Notes: generated from the sequence alone by a model not told the origin. DNA of 64,000 nucleotides from Gemmatimonadota bacterium (GCA_039585235.1 JBDGWG010000002.1:27346-91345); one strand, 5' to 3'. Positions 49,217-59,194 are shown, counted from the stretch's first letter. Translations and numbers: made by a program.

Positions 49217-49501
49217 ATGCCGACGGGAGTCGACTGGATACCGATCGTAGCGATCGTGATGGGAACGCTTACCGTGCTCATTCCGCTATCTCTGATCACT
49301 TTACGCTATGCGATCAAGCCGATCGCCGAGGCCGTGGCCCAGATGCGGTCATCTGGCGCCTCACAAGAGCAGATCGCCGTGATGCAGCAGCGGCTGGCGC
49401 TCCTCGAGCAGCAGTTCGGCGGGCTGGAGACGGAGGTGCACCGGATCGGTGAGGCGCAGGACTTCCAGGCGGAGCTGCTGAAGCCGGCCGAAGACGCCTG
49501 A
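49217..49501 (+). CDS. small membrane protein with C-terminal coiled-coil (94 aa)
   Basis: TM segment IPIVAIVMGTLTVLIPLSLI followed by a heptad-like QQRLALLEQQFGGLETEV. Confidence 0.5.
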   Translation: MPTGVDWIPIVAIVMGTLTVLIPLSLITLRYAIKPIAEAVAQMRSSGASQEQIAVMQQRLALLEQQFGGLETEVHRIGEAQDFQAELLKPAEDA

Positions 49502-49708
49502 TCGGTAACGCCGCAGCAGATAGACGCTTCGGCGCGGACTCCGACCTCCCGCCTTGCCTGCGCATCGGTCCACGGCTACCGTGTGGCAGTCCCCCCGCGG
49601 AGGCTGCTTCAAACTCACCTCAAGCAGGAGGCCGCGATGAGGCATTTTCTACTATCGCATCCGTTTCCCGCGCTTTCTCTCGCCCACCGGCAGTCCACTC
49701 TTCATTCC

Positions 49709-52700
49709 ATGCTTCGCCGCGCCACGCTCCCAGTTCTGACCGTGGCGTTTCTGCTGCTCACGAGCGGCGATGTGCTGGCGCAGGGCGTGACGACGGGTGG
49801 CGTAGACGGAGTGGTGACGAGCGCGGCGGCCCTGCCGCTGGTTGGTGTCACCGTAACGGCCGTGCACGAGCCCAGCGGAACCACGTACGAGACCACAACC
49901 CGTTCGGGCGGCGTGTTCACGATCGGGGGCATGCGCGTCGGAGGCCCCTACACGGTGACGGCTGCCATTCTAGGCCACCAGCAGGAGATCCAGCAGGGAA
50001 TCAACGTCGTCCTGGGCCAGAACGCTCGGTTGAGCTTCACGCTGGCAGAGACGGCGATCGAGCTGGAGGCGCTGACGGTTCGGGCCGACCAGGACTTGGT
50101 CCTGAACAGCGACCGGACGGGTGCGGCGACGACCATCCCGCACACGGAAGTGCTGGCCCTGCCTTCGGTCCAGCGGAGCGTGCGCGACCTGACGCGGCTC
50201 GATCCGCGCAACGACGGGAACTTCAGCTTCGGTGGGCGGAACTGGCTGTACAACAACATCACGCTGGATGGCTCCTACTTCAACAACTCGTTCGGTCTGG
50301 ACGACCCGGCGCCCGGTGGCCAGACGGCTACCGAGCCGGTTCCGTACGACGCCGTGGAGCAGGTGAGCGTCCAGGTGGCCCCGTTCGACGTACGTCAGAG
50401 CGGGTTTACGGGCGCCAGTATCAATACGGTCACCCGGAGCGGAACCAACAAGTGGAAGGTCTCGGGCTTCGCCTTCTTCCGTAACGACAACCTGGTGGGG
50501 AACAAGGTGAGCGGCGAAGACGTGATCGCGAATCCCGACCTGAGCTTCGGCCAGTATGGCTTCAGCGTGGGCGGGCCTATCATCCAGGACAAACTGTTCT
50601 TCTTCTTAAGCGGCGAGTTGACGCAGCGGGATGATCCGGGATCGAACTTCGTTCCGTCCAGCGGCGGCACGCCGGCGTTCGGAGAGTCGCGGGTCGAGCA
50701 GGCGACGCTGGACGCGATCACGGAACGTATGGCCACGGTTTACAGTTACGACACGGGCCCTTACTCCGGCTTCGTCCACGAGACCAACAGCAACAAGGTG
50801 TTGCTGAAGGTGGACTGGAACGTGAGCTCGAATCACAACATCATGTTCCGCTACAACCGGCTCGACGCGGAGCGCGACCTGCCGCCGCACCCGTTCGTGC
50901 TCAGCATCTTCGACTCGGGTCGCGGGCCCAACAACACCAGCCTCCCATCCCAGAACTCCGGGTATCGGATCACCAACGAGCTCAACTCGTACGCGTTCGA
51001 GTGGAACGCTCGGGCCGGCCGGGGGCAGTGGGCCAACCGGTTCTACGCGAGCTATAACCGGTTCCGGGACTTCCGCGATGCGAACAGCGTGCCGTTCCCG
51101 ACGCTCGAGATCGCCGATGGCGGCGTCACGTACACAACGGTCGGACACGAGCCGTTCTCGATCGAGAACAACCTCGACACGGACGTGTGGCAGTTCACGA
51201 ACGACTTCACGTACTTCACGGGCCGGCACAGCCTAACGCTCGGCGCCAACTTCGAGCAGTTCCGGTTCTTCAACTCGTTCAACCTGTTCCGGTACGGGAC
51301 CTTCGGATTCCCCGGCGGCGCGGGCAACTTCAGCAGCCTGGATGACTTCTTCACCCGAACTGACCCGACCGATCCTAATTTCTATGACGCGGAGTCCTTC
51401 ATTGTAACGGGTGACTACAAGGGCGAGAAGTTCAACCTGGGACAGCTGGGCGTGTACTTGCAGGACCAGTTCGTGATCAGCCCGACGTTCACCCTCAACG
51501 CCGGGCTCCGCGTGGACTTCCCCATGTACTTCACCGATCCGGTGGACAACCAGTTCTCGCGAGATCTCATTGCAATCAACGGCGACGGCGAGTCGGTCAC
51601 GGTCGACCAGAGTCAACTGGCCGGTAGCACGCCCCTGTGGTCGCCCCGGATCGGCTTCAACTGGGACGTCACCGGAGACCGTTCGACGCAGTTGCGCGGC
51701 GGGACCGGGATCTTCACGGGCCGTCTGCCGTTCGTGTGGATCGGAAACGTGTTCTCCAACCCGAGCACGAATCCCAATATTTGGCCTGACGCGCCCAAAG
51801 TGGTCACGAGCGGCCCACGGCCGGGCTCCGGCGAGGATAGCTTCATCCTGCAGCAGTCGTTCGACGGCGTCGCCGCGATGGATCCCGACTTCAAGTGGCC
51901 GCAGATGTGGACGAGCAACATCGCCATCGATCAGCGGCTGCCGTGGGACATGGTGGGAACGCTGGAGTTCATCTACGGCAAGGACATCAACAACATCTAC
52001 ATGCAGAACATGGACCTCCCCGTTGCGACGGAGTTTCTCGCGGATGGGAGGCCGAACTACCAGGGCCTGCGCAACAATCCTGATCCCAACTTCCTGGGCA
52101 GGTCGATGTACGTTCTGAGCAACACCGACGAGGGCCGCAACTACAACATTACGGTGCAGCTCCGGAAACAGTGGGAGAGCGGCCTCGGACTCGGGCTGTC
52201 CTACGCCTACCTGGACGCCACCAACACGCTCAAATCGACGGAGATCGCGAGCGTTCTGTGGGGTGGTCAGCCGACGAACGGGAACCCGAACCTGCCGGTC
52301 GCCTCCCCCTCCGAGTTCGGCCAGCGGCACCGGATCGTGGCCACGGGAACGTACAACAAGAGGTGGAGCGATCTACTCCGGACGAGCTTTGGCCTGTTCT
52401 GGGAGGTCGCCGAAGGCAATACGTTCCGTAACGGCGGCAACCGCTACTCGTTCATCTACTCCGGTGACGTGAACGGAGACGGGGCGACCAACGACCTGAT
52501 CTTCATTCCGGAGACTCAGAGCGACGTCAACCTCGAGGATCCGACGCAGTGGAGCGCGCTCAACGCGTTCATCGAGCAGGACAGCTACCTGAGCAGCCAC
52601 CGGGGAGAGATCGCCGAGCGGTTCGGCCTGCTGAACCCGTGGTACACGGACCTGTCCCTGCGGATTCTGCAGGACTTCATCTTCGGTAGCGGCGACACGG

Positions 52701-52957
52701 ACAACGTGCTCCAGGTCAGCTTCGACTTCGAGAACCTGCTGAACCTGTTCAGCTCGAGCTGGGGCGTGCGGCAGGTGGCGAACCCGGCAGCCACGAACTT
52801 CCTCGGGTGCACAACTGATGGGGAAGCCTCCCCCTGCGTGATCGAGAACGGCCAGCCGCAGGTCTCGTTCACCGGCGTGCAGGAGACGTTCGTTGACGAC
52901 CTGAGCGAGTTCTCCCGCTGGCGGATCCAGCTCGGTCTCAGGTACTTCATGGACTGA
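49709..52957 (+). CDS. TonB-dependent outer-membrane receptor, Oar-like (N-terminal carboxypeptidase-regulatory-like domain)
   Basis: Signal peptide MLRRATLPVLTVAFLLLTSGDVLAQ, a CarbopepD_reg-like GVVTSAAALPLVGVTVTAV...GGVFTI, a plug and a long beta-barrel, with C-terminal RYFMD. About 1082 aa. Confidence 0.8.
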   Translation: MLRRATLPVLTVAFLLLTSGDVLAQGVTTGGVDGVVTSAAALPLVGVTVTAVHEPSGTTYETTTRSGGVFTIGGMRVGGPYTVTAAILGHQQEIQQGINVVLGQNARLSFTLAETAIELEALTVRADQDLVLNSDRTGAATTIPHTEVLALPSVQRSVRDLTRLDPRNDGNFSFGGRNWLYNNITLDGSYFNNSFGLDDPAPGGQTATEPVPYDAVEQVSVQVAPFDVRQSGFTGASINTVTRSGTNKWKVSGFAFFRNDNLVGNKVSGEDVIANPDLSFGQYGFSVGGPIIQDKLFFFLSGELTQRDDPGSNFVPSSGGTPAFGESRVEQATLDAITERMATVYSYDTGPYSGFVHETNSNKVLLKVDWNVSSNHNIMFRYNRLDAERDLPPHPFVLSIFDSGRGPNNTSLPSQNSGYRITNELNSYAFEWNARAGRGQWANRFYASYNRFRDFRDANSVPFPTLEIADGGVTYTTVGHEPFSIENNLDTDVWQFTNDFTYFTGRHSLTLGANFEQFRFFNSFNLFRYGTFGFPGGAGNFSSLDDFFTRTDPTDPNFYDAESFIVTGDYKGEKFNLGQLGVYLQDQFVISPTFTLNAGLRVDFPMYFTDPVDNQFSRDLIAINGDGESVTVDQSQLAGSTPLWSPRIGFNWDVTGDRSTQLRGGTGIFTGRLPFVWIGNVFSNPSTNPNIWPDAPKVVTSGPRPGSGEDSFILQQSFDGVAAMDPDFKWPQMWTSNIAIDQRLPWDMVGTLEFIYGKDINNIYMQNMDLPVATEFLADGRPNYQGLRNNPDPNFLGRSMYVLSNTDEGRNYNITVQLRKQWESGLGLGLSYAYLDATNTLKSTEIASVLWGGQPTNGNPNLPVASPSEFGQRHRIVATGTYNKRWSDLLRTSFGLFWEVAEGNTFRNGGNRYSFIYSGDVNGDGATNDLIFIPETQSDVNLEDPTQWSALNAFIEQDSYLSSHRGEIAERFGLLNPWYTDLSLRILQDFIFGSGDTDNVLQVSFDFENLLNLFSSSWGVRQVANPAATNFLGCTTDGEASPCVIENGQPQVSFTGVQETFVDDLSEFSRWRIQLGLRYFMD

Positions 52958-53005
52958 TACTCTGACTGGCGAGGCGTTGACCCTGACGTCCCGCACCACT
53001 TCTTC

Positions 53006-53044
53006 CCGGGCCGTTCGCGCAAGCGGGCGGCCCGGTGTTCTTTG
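53006..53044 (+). terminator. putative Rho-independent terminator after the TonB-dependent receptor gene
   Basis: CCGGGCCG...CGGCCCGG 8-bp stem followed by TGTTCTTTG. Confidence 0.5.
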
Positions 53045-53138
53045 CGGGCCGGAGCTATATTCGGGGTGCGTCTGGCCGCCGGTTCCGAGACGAAAATACC
53101 GCTGAGATACAGCCGGAGAACCTGTGAGGAGCAACCCG

Positions 53139-54350
53139 ATGACCAATCCCCAGCTTTTTCTTCCGCATCCCGTGTTTGCCGACGAGGAGGCCGATCCACC
53201 CAGCGTGCCGCGCGTCCTGGTCGCGCCGCAGCGCTACGTTCAGGCCGCGGGCGCGCTGGATCACCTCGGTCGCTACCTGTCGCTCATCCCGAGCCGGCGC
53301 GCGGCCGTGCTGATCAGTGAGGGCGGGCAGCGCCGCTTCGGTGAACGAATCACTCAGAGTCTCGAGCGCGGTGGAGTCGAGTCGATCATGGTGCAGTTCG
53401 GCGGCGAATGTTCGACAGCGGAGGCGGACCGCGTCGCGGCCGAGCTCCGGAGCAACGGACGTCCCGTCGATGCGGTGCTCGCCGTCGGGGGCGGCAAGTG
53501 TCTCGACGCCGGCAAGTGTGTCGCGTACCGACTGTCGGTTCCCGTGGTGAGCTGCCCGACGATCGCATCCACGGATGCGCCCTGCTCGGCGGTGTCGGTC
53601 GTGTACACCGACGAGGGCGTGCTGGAAGGCGTCGAGTACTTCCCCGCGAACCCGGCGATCGTGGTGGTGGACACCGGGGTGGTGGCCGACGCGCCCGTGC
53701 GCTACCTGGTCGCCGGCATCGGCGACGCCCTGGCGACATGGTATGAAGCCCGCACCTGCTTTCGGAACCCGGCGGCCCGATCCATGGTGGGAGGACGTAT
53801 CACCATCGCCGCCGCCGCGATCGCGGAGCTGTGCGCGAACACCGTGCGGGAGCATGCGGAGGAGGCCGTCGCCTCCGTCCGCGCCGGACGGATCGATGAA
53901 GCGGTCGAGCGGGTGGTGGAAGCCAACACGCTTCTCAGCGGCGTCGGCTTCGAGAGCGGGGGCCTGGCCACGACGCATGCGATCGCGAGCGGGCTCACCT
54001 TCGTCCCGCAAGCGCACCACGACTCCTTGCACGGCGAGCTCGTGACGATCGGAATCCTCACCCACCTCGTCCTCGAAGACGACGTGGACGAGGCCCGGGA
54101 CGCGGCTGAATTCCTGGCCGAGATCGGCCTTCCGGTGCATCTGGGGCAGATCTCGCTGGACCTGAAGCGCGATGCGGAGGGCCTGCAGACCGCCATGGCG
54201 GTCGCCGCGAGCTTCCCCTTCATCCGGAACGAGCCGTTCGAGGTCACACCCGAGTCGTTGTTCGAGGCCCTTTCACGTGCTCACGAGCTGGGTCTCGAGG
54301 TGACGGAGTCGGTGGGAGACGCGGCCTATAGAGAATTGCGCGCCGAGTAG
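53139..54350 (+). CDS. gldA: iron-containing alcohol dehydrogenase family, glycerol dehydrogenase-like
   Basis: AVGGGKCLDAGK NAD motif and HAIASGLT metal site. GAGGAG RBS. Confidence 0.8.
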   Translation: MTNPQLFLPHPVFADEEADPPSVPRVLVAPQRYVQAAGALDHLGRYLSLIPSRRAAVLISEGGQRRFGERITQSLERGGVESIMVQFGGECSTAEADRVAAELRSNGRPVDAVLAVGGGKCLDAGKCVAYRLSVPVVSCPTIASTDAPCSAVSVVYTDEGVLEGVEYFPANPAIVVVDTGVVADAPVRYLVAGIGDALATWYEARTCFRNPAARSMVGGRITIAAAAIAELCANTVREHAEEAVASVRAGRIDEAVERVVEANTLLSGVGFESGGLATTHAIASGLTFVPQAHHDSLHGELVTIGILTHLVLEDDVDEARDAAEFLAEIGLPVHLGQISLDLKRDAEGLQTAMAVAASFPFIRNEPFEVTPESLFEALSRAHELGLEVTESVGDAAYRELRAE

Positions 54351-54439
54351 CCGACGGTCGATTCCCTCGTACGAGTCCAGTGACCGGAACCTACGTCCGC
54401 ACCGTCGTCCGGGAATGTCTCACCGGGCCTCGTGCGGGA

Positions 54440-55110
54440 TCAGGGTGTTGATCTCGGCAGCGTTCCGGCCCTGGAAGTAGCCGGGATCACCCGCGTGGGA
54501 GGCGGAAGAGGTCTCACTCCAGGCGGCACGGCACCTTCCGGTGGGTACGTCGGCGGTATCGCGTCGCCACCTGCCGGAGTCTCGCCCTCAGGAGCTTCCG
54601 GGTCGTCCGGATCCACCGGCACGAAGATCGGGACGGCGATCGGATAGTAGATCCCCAAGCGGTAGCCGCGGTAGTATGGGTCGTCCGTTCCATAGGCGCT
54701 CCCGCTCGTAGCGCCCACGGCTACGGTCGTGACCCGGACATCGGGTTTGAGATTGAGGGCGACGATCGTCTCGTAGGACACGCACCCGCACTGGTACAGC
54801 CCGCGCTCCTCCTGGAGCTCGTTAAGGGCCTTCACGGTGCCTTGATCGAGCTGGCCCGTCCAGCCGACGCCCAGGTAGCCGTCCTCGCGAAGGGCCCGCT
54901 GCACCGCCTTGATCTCCTTCTTCGTGAGATCGTACACGGCCTGTCGGTATCTGGCGCCGCTCACCGGGTCCACGGTCTCGACGACGCGTACGGCGTCATC
55001 TGAAGACGAGCCCTGGGCGTGGGCAGGGTGGGGGAGCAGCGATCCGAGTGCGCATGCGGTCAGGATTGCCCTGCCGGCTCGAATTGTCGAGATGTGGTCG
55101 GCCAACGACA
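54440..55110 (-). CDS. putative peptidoglycan-binding domain protein, secreted, Pro-rich C-terminus
   Basis: PG_binding_1-like IKAVQRALREDGYLGVGWTGQLDQGTVKALNELQ and a signal peptide AILTACALGSLLPHPAHA. A GTG start was chosen, so the start is uncertain. Confidence 0.55.
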
Positions 55111-55185
55111 CGATACTACCCGCCTTTCGGCCTCCGGAAACCGTTTTCCTGAGGGTAGTACCATAACGAAGCGGGGTGGTTTCCG

Positions 55186-55221
55186 CAGAAAGCAAGAGCC
55201 CCGGCGCTTCCGCACCGGGGC
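55186..55221 (-). terminator. putative Rho-independent terminator (minus strand) downstream of the 55328..55915 gene
   Basis: GCCCCGG...CCGGGGC stem, then CTTGCTTTCT on the minus strand. Confidence 0.4.
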
Positions 55222-55327
55222 CCTTCCAGCTGAGAGGGCGAGGCCACATCCCTATCCCATCATCATCATCCCATCAGCCCCACAGCGTCATCCCGCTCGC
55301 CGCCCTCAGTGAATCTCCGTTCGGGTC

Positions 55328-55915
55328 TCAGTCCGCCGCTGCCAGCGTCATCGGCCAGCCCAGCCGCACGGCCAGCGCTACTCGTGCCGAGGCCGGTCCC
55401 GCCGGTGCGCCTTCGATCCGCGCGAGGATCTCGGCCTTCTCCTCGGCCGTGATCCACTCGGAATCCACCAGCTCACGCGCTTCGCGAACATACTCGCGCT
55501 TCTTGCCGGCGAACCCCTCGGCGATCGCAACGAAAGCCGCGTCCACGTAGGTGTTGGCAGCGACGTACATGTCGCCCGTCGCCTCGGCGACCTGAGCCGC
55601 CTCTTCCATGGCCCGGCGGGAATCGTCGAATTCGCCCGCGTGGAAGTACAGGACTGCGGCCCGGTTGTATCCGAAGAACTGTCCCGCATCGTTCCGCGGA
55701 AGGTTGTCCGCTGCCTGCTTGTGGAGGTCCCCGGCCAGCTCCCAGAACTGCGGGAGCTCATACAGCGAGATCGCCGTCTGGTGCAGATCGGACTGCAGAA
55801 CTGCCACTTCGATCGCCGGCAGCTCGTACGACGGCCGATCCTGCGCCGCCGCCGGAGCTGCAATTGCGCAGGTCGCCACTGACGCTGCCACCGCCCTGAG
55901 AAGGTTCATCTTCAT
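55328..55915 (-). CDS. secreted helical hypothetical protein
   Basis: Signal peptide MMKMNLLRAVAASVATCAIAAPAAAQ preceded by a GGGAGG RBS. No family was recognised. Confidence 0.5.
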   Translation of the reverse strand: MKMNLLRAVAASVATCAIAAPAAAQDRPSYELPAIEVAVLQSDLHQTAISLYELPQFWELAGDLHKQAADNLPRNDAGQFFGYNRAAVLYFHAGEFDDSRRAMEEAAQVAEATGDMYVAANTYVDAAFVAIAEGFAGKKREYVREARELVDSEWITAEEKAEILARIEGAPAGPASARVALAVRLGWPMTLAAAD

Positions 55916-56247
55916 CATCGTCAGCCTCCCGTTCCTCTCAACCTCATCCACACTCGCGTCCGGCTCCCTGCCGGCCCTGCCCTTCCGGTGTAGAGTGAGT
56001 GCAACGGGTGTGCCAGAACCATCATCTACTCATAACGCGCCCTGCCACAACGTATTACATGGTTTTCAACACCTGAGACCCGGTGGTTCCATTGTTCCGT
56101 CGGCGGGATCAGCTGTATCGGATCCGAACACTTCGAGGCGCCGCTACGGCGCCGAGCGGAACGGATGTGGAGGAGGGCTCCGACCGTTAGTTTCTTCGCT
56201 TGGCGTTCGACCACTCACTGAAAGCCTTCCAGGGCGTGGAGCAAGAC

Positions 56248-57954
56248 ATGAGACGCAACGTCAGTCTGGGGATCGTACTGGGAGCGCTTGGAACCGCGGC
56301 GTGCCTGCAGGCGCAGGAAGCAGACACCGATTGGCGCGACCCGTACGACTCGGGCGGGCCCCTCATCGTCGAGCAGGCGGCGTACGATGTCACCTACTAC
56401 GACCTGGCGCTCACGGTCGACCCGTCCGACAGCACGATCTCCGGCAGCCTGCGCATGGAAGCCCGCATGGTGGCACCGACGGAGGTGGTCGCTCTCGACC
56501 TCGACACACTTCTCGCCATCGAATCGGTGTTCCTCACGGACCTCGAGTCGGCTGCTCCCCTTCCGTTTCGGCGTTCCGGGAGCCGCGTGTTCGTGATGCT
56601 TCCGCTCACCAGGCAGCCGGGAGACCCGCTCTCGCTGACGGTGGAGTACAGCGGCAAGCCTCGCGTGGCGCCCCGGCCTCCGTGGGACGGAGGCGTGCAG
56701 TGGACCACGACCCCGTCTGGCGCTCCGTGGATCGCGACGTCGAACCAGATGATCGGGGCGGACGTATGGTGGCCCAACAAGGACCACGTGTCCGACAAGC
56801 CCGACTCGATGGCGATCCGTATCACAGTGCCGGATCCCCTGGTCGTGGCGTCGAATGGCCGGCTGGAGGAAGTGACGGTGAACGGGGACGGAACCCGGAC
56901 GTACGACTGGTTCGTATCCACGCCGATCTCCAACTACAACGTCGCGCTAAACATAGCGCCGTACGAGGTACTCGAGGAGGAATACAGCAGCGTCACCGGT
57001 GAGACGTTCCCTGTCATCTTCTGGGTCCTGCCGGAAAGCCTCGAGGATGGCCGTGCGCTGATGCCGGAGATCCTGGCACACCTGCGCTGGTTCGAGAAGA
57101 CGCTTGGGCCGTACCCCTTCCGGGCGGACAAGTACGGAGTCGCGCAGACCCCCCACCTCGGCATGGAACACCAGTCGATCATCGCCTACGGCGCCAACTT
57201 CGACAACGGGGCCATGACTCTAGGCGAAGACTGGGGGTTCGACGCCCTGCACCACCACGAGCTGTCGCACGAATGGTGGGGCAACCTGGTCACGAACGCC
57301 GACTGGAAGGACATGTGGATCCACGAGGGCTTCGGGACCTACATGCAGGCGCTGTGGCTGGAGGACACCCAGGGCATCGATCGCTACCACGAGTTCATGG
57401 CCAGCATACGGCCGCGCATCGGGAACCAGCAGCCCACGGCGCCGAGGCACTCGCTGTCAGCCCAAGAGGTGTACGGAAGCGACATCTATTTCAAGGGCGC
57501 CTGGGTGCTGCACACCTTGCGCTTCCTTCTGGGCGAGGAAGTCGTGCGTGAAGCGCTGCGCCGCATGGCCTACCCCACCGAAGCCGTGGCGCTTGCAACG
57601 GACGGATCGCAGGCGCGTTTCGTCTCCACACCGGACGTGGTGGCGGTTTTCGAGGAGGTTTCGGGGCGGGAGCTCGACTGGCTGTTCGAGGCCTACCTGC
57701 GACGGGCGGGATCACCGATGCTTCTGATGCATGGCGGGCCCGGCGACGGCGAGCGGACCGTGGAATTGCGCTGGCAGGTCCCCGACGACCTGCCGTTCCC
57801 GATGCCGCTGGATGTGCGTGTGGGCGGACGGACGGTTCGCGTCGAGATGACCGACGGCACCGGCTCGTTGCAGGTGCCGTCCGGCGTCGAGCCCGTGATC
57901 GACCCGGACAACTGGGTGCTGCGCGCCAAGCCTCGGCCGGGCATGACCGAGTGA
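56248..57954 (+). CDS. M1 family metallopeptidase (aminopeptidase N-like), secreted
   Basis: Signal peptide, the HExxH motif HHELSHEWWGN with a downstream WIHEGFGTY (third zinc ligand), and GAMT/GAME-like LGME. Confidence 0.85.
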   Translation: MRRNVSLGIVLGALGTAACLQAQEADTDWRDPYDSGGPLIVEQAAYDVTYYDLALTVDPSDSTISGSLRMEARMVAPTEVVALDLDTLLAIESVFLTDLESAAPLPFRRSGSRVFVMLPLTRQPGDPLSLTVEYSGKPRVAPRPPWDGGVQWTTTPSGAPWIATSNQMIGADVWWPNKDHVSDKPDSMAIRITVPDPLVVASNGRLEEVTVNGDGTRTYDWFVSTPISNYNVALNIAPYEVLEEEYSSVTGETFPVIFWVLPESLEDGRALMPEILAHLRWFEKTLGPYPFRADKYGVAQTPHLGMEHQSIIAYGANFDNGAMTLGEDWGFDALHHHELSHEWWGNLVTNADWKDMWIHEGFGTYMQALWLEDTQGIDRYHEFMASIRPRIGNQQPTAPRHSLSAQEVYGSDIYFKGAWVLHTLRFLLGEEVVREALRRMAYPTEAVALATDGSQARFVSTPDVVAVFEEVSGRELDWLFEAYLRRAGSPMLLMHGGPGDGERTVELRWQVPDDLPFPMPLDVRVGGRTVRVEMTDGTGSLQVPSGVEPVIDPDNWVLRAKPRPGMTE

Positions 57955-57955
57955 G

Positions 57956-59071
57956 TCAGAGGGTCGTGTTCGTGCCCTCGTATTTACGGTAGCCTGCGGC
58001 GTCCATAACGGATATGTGTGGGACTCCGTCGCCGATATTCCACGCGCAGCCGAAGTCGCCGTCCTTGTTGATGGCCACGAACTTCTCGCCCGGCCGGTAG
58101 TCGATCCCGACGGCCGCGTATCTCCTGTCGATCTCGTTCAGGGCGTCCTCGCAGGCTTCCTGCGGGGTCCTGCCCTCTCGCATGCGTGACACGATGAAGA
58201 ACGACGAGCATGCCTTGATCACGTCCTCGCCGCGCCCAGTCGCTCCGGCGGCTCCCACCTCGTTGTCCACGTAGAGTCCCGCCCCGATGATCGGTGAGTC
58301 CCCGACCCGTCCCGGGACCTTCCAGGACATGCCGCTGGTGCTGGTGATTCCAGAAATGTCGCCCCGGACATCCACGGCCAGGACGTTCACGGTCCCGTGC
58401 GTGGACTCGATGGGCTGACGCGGGAAGGAGTCCAAGTCGGCGCGGGCGTCCGCGTTGCCGATCGGTTCGTCGTCCCGCCATCCCTGGAGGTGCTCCGAAG
58501 GGCCCCAGTCGTCGCTGTCGGAATGGCTCTCTCGCCACTGCAGCCACGCCCGCCGGGACTTCTCCGTCATCAGGTCCTCTTCCGGGAACCCGAAGGTAAG
58601 GGCGAACTGCTTCGCCCCCTCGCCGACCAGCATCCCGTGATCTGTGCGTTCCATCACCAGGCGCGCCACCGACGAAGGGTGCTTGATGTTCTCGATCGCC
58701 CCGACGGCACCCGCATTGTAGGTACGCCCGTCCATGATCGACGCATCCAGCTGCACGGCCCCGGCTTCGTTCGGGAGGCCGCCGTATCCGACGCTCACGT
58801 CCTCGGGATCCAGCTCGATCACGTTTGTGGCCTTCTCGACCGCATCGAGCGCCGAACCGCCTCCCGCGAGAGCCTCCCACACCTCTTCCAGCGCGGACTG
58901 CCCGGTAGCGTTCGCATGGCTGGTGATGATCATCGGCGTGGCTCCGGCCCGCCGGACGGCCCGGCCGCCCAGACTCCCGGCATTGAGGCCCAGCGATCGG
59001 GCGAGGATGGCGCCCGTCGTGATTCCGAAGCTCTGTCCGAAGAAGCGGCGACGCGAAATGGGGAGGATCAT
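57956..59071 (-). CDS. Ntn-hydrolase isoaspartyl peptidase / L-asparaginase (Asparaginase_2 family) with twin-arginine signal peptide
   Basis: MILPISRRRFFGQSFGITTGAILA (Tat motif SRRRFFG), the threonine nucleophile region HGTVNVLAVD, and GAGATGRGEDVI. Confidence 0.8.
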   Translation of the reverse strand: MILPISRRRFFGQSFGITTGAILARSLGLNAGSLGGRAVRRAGATPMIITSHANATGQSALEEVWEALAGGGSALDAVEKATNVIELDPEDVSVGYGGLPNEAGAVQLDASIMDGRTYNAGAVGAIENIKHPSSVARLVMERTDHGMLVGEGAKQFALTFGFPEEDLMTEKSRRAWLQWRESHSDSDDWGPSEHLQGWRDDEPIGNADARADLDSFPRQPIESTHGTVNVLAVDVRGDISGITSTSGMSWKVPGRVGDSPIIGAGLYVDNEVGAAGATGRGEDVIKACSSFFIVSRMREGRTPQEACEDALNEIDRRYAAVGIDYRPGEKFVAINKDGDFGCAWNIGDGVPHISVMDAAGYRKYEGTNTTL

Positions 59072-59194
59072 GAAGTGTCTCCTGGCCGTGAATTGCCAGC
59101 GGCTGTGCCCCGGTTGAGGGGCTGTTGACGGCGTTCGACAAGGTAGTGCGGCACCGGGCGAGGCGCCCGCGAGGCAGCCGGAGCTTCGCTTCAT

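Noticed and set aside
55253-55280. Short (CAT)4 microsatellite (cccatcatcatcatccc)
   Set aside because: Only four units, intergenic, no associated feature. Too short to call a meaningful tandem repeat.
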